Assembly (NCBI RefSeq): GCF_964194155.1
Contig: NC_135891.1
Location: 93,744,001-93,808,000, forward strand
Source of the DNA: Cetorhinus maximus
Taxonomy: Eukaryota
Reading direction: 5' to 3'
DNA: 64,000 nt
Each line of letters opens with the position of its first letter. Positions within the stretch are counted from its first letter, which is position 1. This document shows positions 1 through 12,290 of this stretch, piece after piece. The notes beneath the pieces are model-generated. The model saw only the letters and a program-made list of their open reading frames with translations, made no database searches and was not told the origin of the DNA. Both the position numbers and the translations under genes were made by a program.

Positions 1-2106
1 ACACATTCTTTTGGAGTAGCCGTGGAAAGGGAGAATGGGACAAAGTTGGTGTAGGCTTTGCTGTCATGAATCATCTTGTTAATAAGTTGACTTGCTTTCC
101 CAAGGGTGTTAAAGATTGTCTGATGGTGCTTAAACTCGCCCTGCACTGCAATAGGCAAGCAGCTCCAAGTGTGTACACCCCTACAATGATCAATCCTGAT
201 AAAGTCAAGGATAAATTCTCTGATAGCTTCCATTCCTTGATTGCTACTGTGCCAAAGTCAGACAAGCTAATCGTTTTTGGTGACCTCAAGACAAGATTTG
301 GTGCAGATCACCAGGTGTGAGAAGGGGTCATCAGGAAAAACAGGGTTGGCAGTTGTGACACCAATGAGCTCCACTTGCTGAAGGTATGTGCTGAGCATGA
401 GCTTTTAATTTCCACCTCTCTAATCGCAACAAGCTGTCTTGGATGCATCCCCATATGTGCATTAGCATCTAATCAACTATATCATCACCGGTCAGAACAA
501 GAAATAGGATGTGTAAGTAACGAAAGGGCTGACTGCTCGACTGACCACAGTCTTATTTCAAGGCTAAACATCAAGATCTATCCCCCAGGGCACAAAAGTC
601 CAGAAGCATCTCAATGTCTCAAGAATCAAACAAGCAGTCATGAAAGAATCTCTCTCATTGATGCTAAAGAGCCACCTCTGTACAGCAAAAATGGACACTC
701 ATGGCATTCACAGATATAGTGTATTCCTTTGCTCTCAGGCCTTTGGCCCTACCTCTCATAAGCATCAAGACTGATTCGATGAAAAAATGAGGTCATCCAG
801 AAACTACTAGAGGAGAAACATCGCCTATGGGGGGCTTACCTTCATGACCAGTCATCACTATCCAAGCACAATGCTTAACAAAACATTCACAGGATCATAT
901 AATGCAAACTCAGGGATGCAAGACATTTGGCTGAATCAGAAAGCAGATGAACTTCAGTCACATACAGACCACAAAGAGTGGAAGAGATTCTACGGTGCTC
1001 AATGTTCTAAAATCTGTCTACAGGCCCCAGCCTACTGGTTCATCACCAATCCTCGGTGCCAATGAGTCAACACTGCTCACAGAAAAAGCCCAAATTCTAG
1101 AAAGATGGGCAGAGCACTTTAACCACATCCTCAATCAGCCTTCATCTATCAATGAAGAAGCAATCAACAGGCTGCTACAGGTTGCCATCAACTGCTCTCT
1201 TGATGACCCTCCCACACTGTTAGAAATGCTGAATGTAAATTCCTGTCTAGTGGCAAAGCTCTAGGAGCTCAAGCTATCCCAGCTGAGGTCTCCAGGCTAG
1301 TAGTCAATGCCTGGTCAAGAAGCTCACTGAATCTTTTCAGTCTATGTGCAAGCATGGATACAAAGGTGCCTCCATCATCCACCTGTACGAGCAGAAAGGA
1401 ACTCAATCTTGCAAACAATCATAGAGGAATCTAATTTCTCTCCATTGCCAGCAAAATGTTTTCCAGAATCCTTTGAACCATTACATCTTGACCTGGATCT
1501 GCTGCTAAAGAGTCAGTGTGGTTTCAAAAAAGGTTCCAGAACCACTGAAATTGTGTTTGCAGTTAGACAGCTCCAGGAGAAATGCTAGGAATAGAACATG
1601 GAATGCTACACCATGTTTGTTGACCTGGCCAATGCCTTTGATAGTCAGCTCTGAGGGCCTTTGGAAGGTGATGGAGACATTTAGTTGCCCTGAGAAATTC
1701 AACACAATGATTCAAAAGTTCCATAGTGGCATGCTAGCACGTATCCTGGACGATGGTTTATTTTCTGACCTATTCCCAGTAACTAATGGAGTTAAACAGG
1801 GCTCCATGCTAGCACCAACCCTCTTCAGCATGTTTTTATCCACCATGCTCTCCGACGTTTTCCATGATGGTGATCCTGGCATCGCCAGATATCGCATGGA
1901 TGGGAAACTGCTCAATCTGAAACCTTGTGATTTCCTGTTTGCCAATGACTGTGTACTAGCTGCCAGATCAGGGCTGGACACGCAATGTAGCATGGACTTG
2001 CTCCCCAATGCAATCAACAACTTTAGCTTTATGATCAGCTGGAAGAAACCTGAATTAATGTACCAGCCTCCCCCAGGAAAGCCATACTTTAAGCCCAAGG
2101 TTTCAG

Positions 2107-2143
<37 letters not shown>

Positions 2144-2870
2144 ACAAGGCACGCGCAAGAATAGCCAAAGCAAATGGAGTCTTCAGCAGACTTTGAACAT
2201 CAGTCTGGGAAAGAAGAGTAAGTCTGCCTATCAAACTGAATATCTATGGAGCAATAGTCATGTCCGCTCTTCTCTACGCATGCAAGACTTGGATTGTGTA
2301 CCAGCATCATGCCAAAAAGCTCAACCACTTTCACTTGAGCTGCTTTTCAGAAGCTTCTGAAGATCAGATAGCAGGACAAAATACCAGACACTGAGGTGCT
2401 CATTTGAGCAGGCATGTCAAGCATCCACACCATGTTGAGACAATTACAACTAAGTTGGGCTGGTCATATTGCCAGAATGCCACACTCACTTACCAAAGTG
2501 AATCTTCTATGAAAAGCTTGAGTCAGGAGTGCATTCTTTGAGAGTCAAAGGAAGTGACACATGGACACTCTGAAGGCTTCACTTGGGAGTTTTGATATTG
2601 ACTTCAAGTCCTGGGAGAAGCTCGCCCAGGATCGCTGCACCTGCCACATCCAAATAAAAAACAGTGCAGACTCCTTTGAAAGCAAGCATATTTCAGAGGC
2701 AGAGAGAAACGCAAGGAGAGGAAATCCTGAGCCAGCAATTCATACAAAACTCAATCATTTACAGCATCCTGTTCTAGTTGCAGAATCTTCCGGCATAGAT
2801 TGGCCTTTGCAGTTATCTATGTAACTACCCGAGCCCTACTAAACACCCCAGCTGACAAACAGTCACCTGG
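1..2870 (+). mobile_element. Degenerate RTE-clade (BovB-like) LINE: APE endonuclease plus reverse transcriptase remnants, with many frameshifts and stops
   Basis: ORF fragments carry RTE-type motifs: VYTPTM..DKVKDKF..VPKSDKLIVFGD (EN), ERWAEHFNHILNQPSSINEEAINRL, SQCGFKKG..IVFAVRQLQEKC, VTNGVKQGSMLAPTLFSMFL, RYRMDGKLLNL and FLFAND (RT). The element is interrupted by an (AT)n tract. The right boundary is approximate. Confidence 0.85.
2109..2139. repeat. (AT)n microsatellite
   Basis: Direct reading: about 15 AT units inside the RTE element. Confidence 0.95.
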
Positions 2871-2919
2871 AAGGACGAACATGATATTAGAGTTGCCTGT
2901 AAAATAATGCGGTTGATCC

Positions 2920-3150
2920 CACTTCCTTCATCTCACCGTTGGCAGCCATGACTTCAGCTGTCTATGATCTAACTCAAATTCCCTTCACAAACCTCTTTCT
3001 ACGCTTCTTAAAATCTACTTTTTGACCAAACCTTTGGTTACTGTCCTCATAACTTCCTCCTTGGCTCAGTGTCAATTTTTAGTCTAACAAAGTCCTATGA
3101 AGCACCTTGGGATGCCCTACGATGTTATCTATAAATGCAAGCTGTTTTTG
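2920..3150 (+). mobile_element. L2-type LINE/SINE 3' tail fragment
   Basis: Ends in tgaagcaccttgggatg...ctataaatgcaagctgtt, resembling the common L2 3' tail; similar pieces lie near 10830-10950. Confidence 0.55.
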
Positions 3151-3329
3151 AATACAAGTTTGTTAACTGGGGCATAAGCAATGGAAAAGGTGAAAAGAAG
3201 GCAACAGGTCCACAGCACCAGGGGGCTGAGTTATGAATTGCTTCAGCTTCAGAGTGTGATTAGAGGGTGCTCCTTTATAGGGGTCACTGGGCTGCTCCAC
3301 AATGATCTGTACAGGTCATAGCAGTGCCA

Positions 3330-3960
3330 GAGAATACAGAAACAGGAGTAGGCCATTTAGCCTCTCAATCCTGTTCCACCATTCAATAAGATTATTGCTG
3401 ATGTCAGCCAACTCCATATTCCTATCTTTGCACCATTTCCCTTAATACCTCAAAATTATTTATCTACCAACAATTGCCATTTGTAGATGAGTTCAAAGCT
3501 TCTACTGCCCTTTGTGTATAGATGCGCTTTATAATTTTTGAAAGGTCTGGCTTTATATTTATGGTCATGCCCCCTTGTCCTAGACACTCCAACTAGTGGA
3601 AATGGGATGGATAGAGAGAAACCATCTGTATGACCTAATTTTCCAAATTCCAGGGAATACAACCCAAGTTTGTGTAATAAAAACAGGAAGTGCTAAAAAT
3701 ACTCCAGCATCCGTAGAGAGAGAAAGTTAATATTGAGTCGAATATTCTTCAGAAAAGTCCGCAGTATCTTGCTTTTATTGTAGGGTTTAATTTACACTGT
3801 ATTCACTTTTTCGTGTTTAATATATGTAGTATTTAGCTTTTACTTTAGTGTTTAATTCACTGCCACTTCTCTTCCCTACCTTGAAGAAATTCTGCTACAA
3901 TTGGCAGTATTTTGCTTCTATTCTAAGTTTGTGTAATCTCTCCCTGTAATTTAACCCTCC
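3330..3960 (-). mobile_element. CR1-type LINE 3' fragment, split by a Penelope-derived insertion
   Basis: acaggagtaggccatt...ccaccattcaataag tail shared with 7838-8245 and 49320-51650; minus ORF shows FPLVGVSRTRGH. Confidence 0.7.
3679..3924. mobile_element. Old Penelope-derived mini-element in POLE4 intron 1
   Basis: 13-bp TSD aagtttgtgtaat at 3666-3678 and 3925-3937; degenerate terminal-repeat sequence (aaaacaggaagtgctaaaaatactc..cagcatccgtagagag; gcagtattttgcttctatt). Confidence 0.7.
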
Positions 3961-4162
3961 GGTAAATATACACTGCACCCCTCTAAAGGTCAGTATATCC
4001 TGAGCAAGGATAAGCAGCGCTGGGCAGGGGTCCAGGAACTCAGGCAAAGAGCCATCAATAGCGGCGGTGACTGCACCACAGGCGGCCTCAGTGACAGCCT
4101 CTGACAGGCGGCTGCTCCGGGCCGAGGTCTCCGGGCCGAGGCTGCCCCACACACACACTCAC

Positions 4163-4375
4163 CGTGGCTTTGCCGATGGCGAAGACGGCCTCCTGACTCG
4201 CCAGCGACACATCAGTATCGGCTTTCATCAGCCCCTTGATACGGCTCAGCGGCAGCCGGAGCAGTTTATGCTGCAGCCCAGGCAGCGGGGCCGAGCCCGG
4301 CCTCTCCACCTCGACCTCGGCCTCAAGCTGCAGGCTCTGGCCCGCCTCGCCCGCGCCGCTCTCCCGCTCCTCCAT
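4163..4375 (-). CDS. POLE4: DNA polymerase epsilon subunit 4 (histone-fold), coding exon 1; downstream exons lie left of the window
   Basis: ATG at 4375. Encodes 71 aa MEERES...LLRLPLSRIKGLMKADTDVSLASQEAVFAIGKAT, matching the POLE4 motif RLPLxRxKxLxKADPDVxLAxQE. Phase-0 GTGAGT donor at 4162. Sits in a CpG-rich island. Confidence 0.9.
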
Positions 4376-4409
4376 CACCGGCCTTCCCGCCTCGCAGGGA
4401 GCCGGTCCG

Positions 4410-4592
4410 CCACAACCAATCACAACGCGCCTTCTCCCGTTAATCACGCACGGAATCGGAGCACGACCTCTACCAATCACAAGAGAGAATATGTGTGCCG
4501 TCAAGTTAATTAACCAATAGTACAACACTTTGGTCAAAAACATTGGTCCAATCAGATTGCTATCGCGAGTCTTGCTAACCTAACCAATCAGG
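4410..4592 (-). promoter_or_regulatory. POLE4 proximal promoter: cluster of CCAAT (NF-Y) boxes plus a TCGCGA motif
   Basis: CCAAT at 4416, 4473, 4514, 4548 and 4584, ATTGG at 4542, and tatcgcgagt at 4561, all immediately upstream of the ATG. Confidence 0.7.
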
Positions 4593-4768
4593 TTAGAGAC
4601 GATGCAATGAGCAGAAGTGCAGAGTTGGTGCTGGTTTCTCCAGTCTAGTTTGGTGTGGGAAAGTCAGTCGGGGTTGGATCTGGATTAAGGCTACCAATTG
4701 TGACTGAATGCACTCCAGGAGCGTCCTAAAGATTAAACTTAAATCCCTGGAGACTTCAGGACACTTGG

Positions 4769-5970
4769 AGTCATAGAGTTTTACTGCACGGAAAGAAGCC
4801 CTTCTGCCCATAGTGTTTGCGCCTGTCATCAAGCCCCTATCTACTCTAATTCCATTTTCCAGCACTTGGCCTGTAGCCTTGTCTGCTGTAGTGTTTCAAG
4901 TATTCATCTAAGTGCTTCTTAAATGTTGTGAGGGTTCCCGCCTCTACCACTAGGCAGTGAGCTCCAGATAGTCCCCACCCTCTGGGTGAAATTTTTTTCC
5001 TCAAATTCCCTCTAAACCTCCTGCCCCTTACCTTAAATCATTGCCCCCTGGTTATTGATCCCTCCACTAAGGGGAAATAATTCTTCCTATCCATGCCCCT
5101 CAATTTTGTACACTTCAGTCAGGTCCCCTCAGCCTTCTCTGCTCTAAAGAAAACAACCCCAGCCTATCTAGTCTCTCTTCATAGCTAAAATGCTTCAGCC
5201 CAGGCAACATCCTGGTGAATCTCTTCCGCACCCCCACCAGTGCAATCACATCCTTCCTATAGTGTGGCGAACTGCACTGCACACGGTACTTCAGATGTGG
5301 CCTAATTAACACTTTATACAACTCCACATCATAGCCTCCCTGCTCTTGTATTCAATGCCTCGACTAATAAAGGCATGTATCCCATACGTCTTCTTAACCA
5401 CCTTATCTACCTGTCCTGCTGCCTTCAAGGATCTATGGACATGCACACCTGATCCTCTGAACTTCCTAGGGTCCCACCATTCATCGTGTACTCCCTTGCC
5501 TTGTTAGTCCTCCAAAAATGCATCACCTCACACTTTTCAGGATTAAATTCCATTTGCCACTGTTCTGCCCATCTGACCAGCCCATCTATATCATCCTGTA
5601 GTCTAAGGTTTTTCTCCTCGTTATTTACCACACCACCAATTTTCATGTCATCTGCAGACTTACTGAGCATACCTTCCACATTAATGCCTAGATTATTAAT
5701 GTACACCACAGCAGCAAGGGATCCAGCACTGAACCCTGCGGTATGCCACTGAACACAGGCTTCCAGTCACAAAAACAACCTTTGACCATCACCCTCTGCC
5801 TCCTGCCACTAAGCCAAATTTGCCAAATTGCCCTGGATCCCATGGGCTCTTACCTTCTTGACCAGTCTTTCATGTGAGACCTTGTCAAAAGCCTTACTGA
5901 AGTCCATGTAGACTACATCAACTGTACTACCCTCATCTACGCACTTAGTCACCTCCTCAATAAGTTCAAT
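4769..5970 (-). mobile_element. CR1 LINE, 5'-truncated (RT C-terminus and 3' UTR)
   Basis: Minus ORFs VDVVYMDFSKAFDKV, WAEQWQMEFNPEKCEVMHF and SYEERLDRLGLFSLEQRRLRG; ends in a ctctatgactc tail. Confidence 0.9.
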
Positions 5971-7837
5971 CTGGAGGGTTGGTATTCTTACCCTGGGCAT
6001 GGAGAGGGATTGGTAAAGGGGAGATTTGGATTGTTTCACCTTCAAGGTTGAGTTTAGAGTAGACTGAGGTTTAGGCTGCAGCTACGTAGATTCAGTATTA
6101 TTTGAAATAGGTATCATTCTGTTTGTGCTGAAGTTGCTTCAAGTACTTTAGCCTCATGTCTCTGAAGGCTGGAATAGGGCTCACTCGCCTGTCACCCAGC
6201 ACTGCACGCTTTGTTTCCAACATGGGAAATACACTGACTGGACTACACTGTTGGGGATGGAGAATGATTCAGGCCTGCAATGAGACTGCTTCACACTCCG
6301 TTGATGGCCGCAAAGAGGAAAATGATTTCTTGATCATAGAATGTTGCAGCACTGAAGGAGGTCATTCAGTTTATTGTGTTTTAATAGGTATCAATAAGTC
6401 CTACTCTCCTGTTCTTTCCCCATAACCCTGCCATTTGTTTTCTTTTGAAGTGCATATCTAATAAGGAAAATGAACTGGTGTCATCTGGACCTCAATATGT
6501 GCACATAGCGTGATGCTCATCAAACATCAGTGTTTTCAGAAACAGCTCATGAAATCTGAATCCCCTAATTCTTCAGCTAAAGCCAGCCATTTTTAGGAAA
6601 AGTTGAAATTTCCATTCCTACTTTTCTGGTTCCCTTGTGCTCCGTGGCTCTCATTATTAATTCCTCTTCCTACAATCTGTGAGCTTCTGGTTGAAAGCCT
6701 TTTGAGTTGAGGGGTGGGAGAGAGAAAGGCAGTGGCACACTGGATAAATAGATGGCCCATAGCCAGAATCCTCTTCCTTCTTTTCAATTGAAGAGCAAAG
6801 GAACTAAGATTGATTCTGCCCCACCCAGAGAGAGATGGAATCATGCGGAGACAGGTTTTCTGGCAGTTAAGTTAAGCATGCAACAGGTATCAGCAGTGTT
6901 TTACACACACTCACCTACAGCTGGAAAAGACCCACCAAACCCTCTAACAGTGACAACGGTGGCTCCCTAACAACTCCATTGCTTGATCATTGTGAGCAGC
7001 CTTTTGTCCCCAACAAGTGTCTTGCTTCTCCTGTGCAGTGCTCCATTTTCTGCTGCAATAAGAGTAGTAACATTAGATTAAGGCAAGCATTGGATGGATA
7101 TCTCCCAGCTGCCAGGAAACAGCTGATCTTACAAAACAGCAACTGCCAAAAGAGTGCTGTAAATGTAGATTTGAAGTTGTGTGCAAGAAAAACTGATGGG
7201 GAGAATCCCAAACATGGGTTGCTGGTGAAGGGGTTACAGAGCCATTAAACTATGGTGTGCAGAGCATGGTGACTTTATTCCACTGAAGAAGTGAGAGTGA
7301 ACATCAAAGGGGCTCCATTGTGCCAAAGTGAATTGGAGGAAGTGGCAGTTCCATTAGCTTGTCTGCCCTTAGCAGGTCAATTAACTCCTAATACTGGTCT
7401 GCAAATCTTGGACGTGAGACATGTAGCATCCAAAGACACCAACAGCTCCCTACACATGGCTATAATGAGTCCTTTCACTGATTTCCTTCCAGGAATACCC
7501 ACTAGCCATTTCCTGCATACCCAATCTGCTCCATTAGCAGCTAGATGTTAGCATCTGAGAAAACAAGAGTTCTATACTTTAGTCTTTTGGCTACCAGGGA
7601 ATTGGCTGGAACTGCTGGCACTTATAATGAAGTTGCTGTTAAGTCACTGGGTACCTGGAAGTGATGCTGCCCCGCTTGAACTTGGTCCTGCAGAGGCACT
7701 AAAAAGCTGGGTGAGTAGTCACTGGATATTAACATGTTGACTAACACTGCAAGAAAACTCACTTAACTGCTTCTTCTCCAAGCAGGTTTTAATCTATCAA
7801 GCGATAGATTTCTTCCCATCTCCCTCCAAGCATACAA

Positions 7838-8245
7838 ACATATGAATTAGGAGGAGGAGTAGGCCACTTGGCCCCTCGAGCCTGCTTTGCCATTCAATAA
7901 GATCAATGCTGATCTGATTGTAACCTCAACCCCACATTCCTGCCTATCCCCGATGATCTTTCACCCTCTTGTTAATGGGGAATCTATCTACCTCTTCCTT
8001 AAAAATATTCAAGGACTCTGCTTCCACCGCCTTTTGAGAAAGAGAGTTCCAAAGACTCTCTACCCTCTGAAAGAAAAAAATTCTCCTCATTTCTGTCTTA
8101 AATGAGTGACCTCTTATTTTTAAACAGTGACCCTTAGTTCTAGATTCTCCCACAAGAGGTCCTCTCCACATCCACCATGTCAGGACCCCACAGGATTTTA
8201 AAGGTTTCAATCAAATTGCCTCCTACTCTTCTAAATTCTAGTGCA
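7838..8245 (-). mobile_element. CR1 LINE 3' fragment
   Basis: Minus ORF GESRTKGHCLKIRG..FFFQRVESLWNSLSQKAVEAESLNIFKEEVDRF. Confidence 0.85.
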
Positions 8246-8733
8246 TAGTTCTCCCGCCCTAACAGAAGTAATGCTCCTGTGTGGCCCACTATTTTGTTGA
8301 TGAGTTTGCCCTGGTGTGGACAGTGGGAGATATATGGGAAAAGTGGTGCTGGATGGCCTTTGAGAGGCCTTTAATGACCTCCTCGAAATAAGTGTTGGCA
8401 CAAATCTGGATCATCTCCTGTTATAGTAATAACAATCTGACAAGGTAAAAATCCTGTTTCTGAGGTCCCTGGTGGGCTCCACATAAGCTGCTGAGTCAGC
8501 CTGAATGCCAGGGTCATGCTGGTCACATGGCTTTAGCGATAGTGGCCCAAGCCTGTCTGATGCAAAGGTTTGCCCCAGAGAGACCAGGACAGCAACTTAA
8601 AGGATGGGGGTGGGTGGTGGAGCTGGGGTGGGGGGGGGACAAGCAAATTGGGGTCTACACCAGATTTAACGAAGTAAAACATTTCTAGGCTCCACAGGGG
8701 CGTTGTATATCAGACAGACACATGCACGATTTG

Positions 8734-10671
8734 AAACAAAAACAAAAATTGCTGGAAAAACTCAGTAGGTCTGACAGCATCTGTGGAGAGAAAGGCAGAG
8801 TTAACGTTTCGAGTCCGTATGGCAGGAAGGTCTGGGTCATGCTTACAGATAGACCGAAGGTGTTCCGCAAAGCGGTTACCCAGTCTGCATTTGGTCTCTC
8901 CAATGCAGAGGAAACCGCATTGGGAGCAGCGAATGCAGTAGACTAAATTGCGGGAAGTGCAAGTGAAATGCTGCTTCACTTGAAAGGATTGTTTGGGCCC
9001 TTGGATGGTGAGGAGAGGGGAAGTAAAGGGGCAGGTGTTGCACCTTCTGTGATTGCATGGGAAGGTGCCGTGAGAGAGGGTTGAGGTTTTGGGGGTGATA
9101 AGAGGAGTGAACCAGGGTGTCCCGGAGGGAGCAGTCCCTACGGAATGCCAACGGCGGGGGGTGAAGGGAAGATGTGTTTGGTGGTGGCATCATGCTGGAG
9201 TTGGCGGAAAGGGCGGAGGATGATCCTTTGAATGCGGAGGCTGGTGGGGTGAAAAGTGAGGACAAGGGGTTCTGGGAGGGAGAGGAAGGTGTGAGGACAG
9301 AGGTGCGAGAGATGGGTCGAACACGGTTGAGGGCCCTGTCAACCACCGTGGGTGCAAAACCTCAGTTAAGGAAGAAGGAAGACATGTGAGAAGAGCTGTT
9401 TTGGAAAGTGGCATCATTGGAGCCATTGCGACGGAGGTGAAGGAACTGAGAGAATGGGATGGAGCCCTTACAGGAGTCAGGGTGTGAGGAGTTGTAGTCG
9501 AGGTAGCTGTGGGAGTCAGTGGGCTTGTAATGAATATTGGTGGACAGCCTATCACTTGAAATTGAGACAGAGAGGTCAAGGAAGGGAAGGGAAGTGTCAG
9601 AGATGGACCATGTGAAAGTGATGGAGGGGTGGAAATTGGAAGCAAAATTAATAAATTTTTCCAGGTCCAGACAAGAGCATGAAACGGCACCGAAACAGTT
9701 ATCGATGTATCGGAGAAAGTGTTGTGGGAGGGGGCCTGAGTAGGACTAAAACAAGGAATGTTCCACATACCCAATAAAGAGACAGGCATAACTGTGGCCA
9801 ATGCAGGGCCACACCTTTTATTTGGAGGAAGTGAGACGAGTTTAAGGAGAAATTGCTCAGTGAGAGAACAAGTGGTGGATGGGGATTGTTCGGGCCTCTG
9901 TTCAAGGAAGAAGCGGAGACCCCTCAGACCATCCTGGTGGGAGATGCAAGTGTAGAGGGATTGGACGTCCATGTTGAAGAGGAGGCGGTTAGGGCCAGGG
10001 AACTAGAAATTGTGGATATGACGTAGGGCATCAGAGGAAACGTGGATGTAGGTGGGAAGAGACTGGACAAGGGGAGAGAGAACGGAGTCAAGATAGGAAG
10101 AAATGATTTCCGTGGGGCAGGAACAGGCTGACACGATCGGTCTACCAGGATAGTCCTGTTTGTGGATTTTGGGGAGGAGGTAGAAGCGGGCTGTCTGAGG
10201 TTGGGAGACTATGAAATTAGAAGCTGTGGAGGGAAGATCTCCAAGGGAGATGAGGTCAGTGACAGTCCTGGAAACAATGGCTTGATGTTCGGTGGTGGGA
10301 TCATGGTCCAGGGTTGCAGGATTTGCTCATTCTGCTTCTACTCCTAATGTCACCATTAGCACCTCCTTTAGCCAGTATCACCACCATCAACACCCCTTCC
10401 ACCTTTTGTTAATGACATATTTTGCAATCTCTCCTTTGCCTCCACCTATCACTGGCCTTCTATCCAGCTTCACCTGTCCCCCCCCCCCCCCCCCCCTTAA
10501 ACAGTACATATTTCATCACATTTTTACTTCTCTTTAGTTCTGAAGATGAGTCATACGAACTCGAAATGTTAATTCTGTCTCTCCACAGATGCTGTCAGAC
10601 CTGCTGAATTTTTCCAGCAATTTTTGTTTTTGTTTCAGATTTCCAGCATCTGCAGTATTTTGCTTTTATCT
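8734..10671 (-). mobile_element. Penelope-like retroelement (RT + GIY-YIG), 5'-truncated and internally deleted, with an inverted 3' terminal repeat at about 10313-10671 (+)
   Basis: Minus ORFs MDVQSLYT..HQDGLRGLRFFLE and HFLQIKGVA (RT), and QHFTCTSRNLVYCIRCSQCG..IGETKCRLGNRFAEHLRSI (GIY-YIG). Degenerate 14-bp TSD acatgcacgatttg (8720-8733) / acgcacacgatttg (10672-10685). Confidence 0.9.
10536..10574 (+). ncRNA. Hammerhead ribozyme motif (degenerate) in Penelope terminal repeat
   Basis: AGTT-CTGAAGA-T-GAGTC-ATACG-AACTC-GAAAT-GT-T-AATT; core present, with mismatches in stems II and III. Confidence 0.55.
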
Positions 10672-11416
10672 ACGCACACGATTTGGATGGGTATTACATA
10701 TGCACACTCTAGTGCGAAAATTGGAAGATTGAGATACCCAAAAAATCAAGCACATCTTTGTGGGAGAAGTGGGGCCCACACAAGACGAAACTATGCGTTC
10801 CTCCAGCTTTGGCCTTTTAAGCATCTCAAATTCACTCTGCACCACAATTGGTGACCGTGCCTTCAGTCATCTAGGCCCTAAGCCTGAAATTCCTTTGCTG
10901 AACCTCTGCAACTTCCCCTTTTAATACCCTTCTTAATACACACCTCTCGGAGATAAAAATTGATCTACACTAACAACGCGAAACAGACTGGTAACGAATC
11001 GATAACTGATGTTTCACTCATTCAACTGAAGTTCTCAGAACAATCGTTTTTGAAGTCTTTTTGGAAACTTGTTTCCCAGTCGCCTTTTATTCGGTTGAAA
11101 TTAAAAAATCTTGGCAACGTTTTCCAAGTCAATGGAAAATATAAAAGAAAGCTAGCGCTGTGAAAAATTGGCTGCCGATTTGCTGCAAACCCGTTTCGTG
11201 CTGCCGGTATGGACCCATTTACCTTTCTTTGCTCTGTGTCTGTTTATTCTGCTCCGGTGAAGCCCCTTGGGAGGTTTTTCCCTGTGTCGAAGGCACTATA
11301 TCAACGTAGGTTGGCATTGCTGTGTGAGAAGTGACTCACATCATAATGGGAGAAGTGATTTCAGTCGCTTTGCATCACAGGCTATGGCCAGTAATGGCAG
11401 GTTAATGTAAAATGCT

Positions 11417-11633
11417 AAAACAAAAACAGAATTACCTGGAAAAACCCAGCAGGTCTGGCAGCATCGTTGGAGAAGAAAAGTGTCGATGTTTCGAGTCCTC
11501 ACGACCCTTCATCAGAACTCGAAACGTCGACTCTTTTCTTCTCCACCGATGCTGCCAGACCTGCTGAGTTTTTCCAGGTAATTCTGCTTTTGTTTTGGAT
11601 TTCCAGCATCCGCAGTAGTTTTTTGTTTTTATA
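11417..11633. mobile_element. Palindromic Penelope-derived mini-element (two inverted terminal-repeat ends)
   Basis: Perfect 15-bp TSD ttaatgtaaaatgct at 11402-11416 and 11634-11648; about 80-bp arms are near-perfect reverse complements of each other. Confidence 0.9.
11481..11519 (-). ncRNA. Hammerhead ribozyme motif
   Basis: Minus strand reads AGTT-CTGATGA-A-GGGTC-GTGAG-GACTC-GAAAC-AT-C-GAC; the opposite arm keeps GAAAC-GTC-GACT, with a canonical GUC site. Confidence 0.65.
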
Positions 11634-12124
11634 TTAATGTAAAATGCTTGTCTACATTCTACTAAAAGAAATGATTGCGCTAATGACACATTTTAATAAA
11701 TGATGTAATTTCATGCCAGGCAGTAATTCTTAAGATCCTGTTAAGAATAACCAGGCCAGATATAAAAAAGGAAAAGTAACTTAATCCTCGTTCTTAAGAC
11801 TGTCAGTGACCGAATAAGATTAACCCAGTGAGCAGTCTTTACTGCTGCTATCGGTCTCTTTGTAACACTCGGCAGAGATTGAAGCCAGTTCCTGCACTCC
11901 ACCAAGTGCAGCTGACACAGAACAGAGAACATCAGCACTGAAACCAGGGGTAGGGGGGCGGGATACGTCGGCGCCACATGCAACAGGACAAACCCGACCG
12001 ATCAACAGAAGCTACGACAGATGGAGAAGAAATAAAAATCACACAATTTCAATTAGACAGGTAACTAATCTTGTGAATTCATGACAAGCCATTTTCTGTC
12101 TGATAGCAGTGGAATTATAATATA

Positions 12125-12290
12125 TAAAAGCAAAAAACTGCCGACGCTGCAAATCTGAAATAACAGAAAATGCTGGAAAAACTCAGAGCTCTGAAGAAGG
12201 GTCATACGGACTCGAAACGTTAACCTTGTTTCTTTCTCCACAGATGCTGTCAGACCTGCTGAGTTTTTCCAGCGTTTTCTAGTTTCTGTC
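12125..12290. mobile_element. Inverted Penelope-derived mini-element
   Basis: Minus-oriented tail (taaaagcaaaaaactgc..gctggaaaaactcag) joined to a plus-oriented HHR-containing repeat; weak TSD ataatata / ataacata. Confidence 0.85.
12187..12225 (+). ncRNA. Hammerhead ribozyme motif
   Basis: AGCT-CTGAAGA-A-GGGTC-ATACG-GACTC-GAAAC-GT-T-AACC; core intact, stem I weakened. Confidence 0.6.

Noticed and set aside
4163-4375. CHRAC1 as an alternative identity
   Set aside because: KADTDVSLASQEAVF fits POLE4 (KADPDV.LA.QE) better than CHRAC1 (KSSPEVSSINQE), from recalled sequences.
4088-4543. 151-aa single-exon ORF as a complete protein
   Set aside because: It reads through the POLE4 promoter and the exon-1 donor; only 4163-4375 matches the histone-fold protein.
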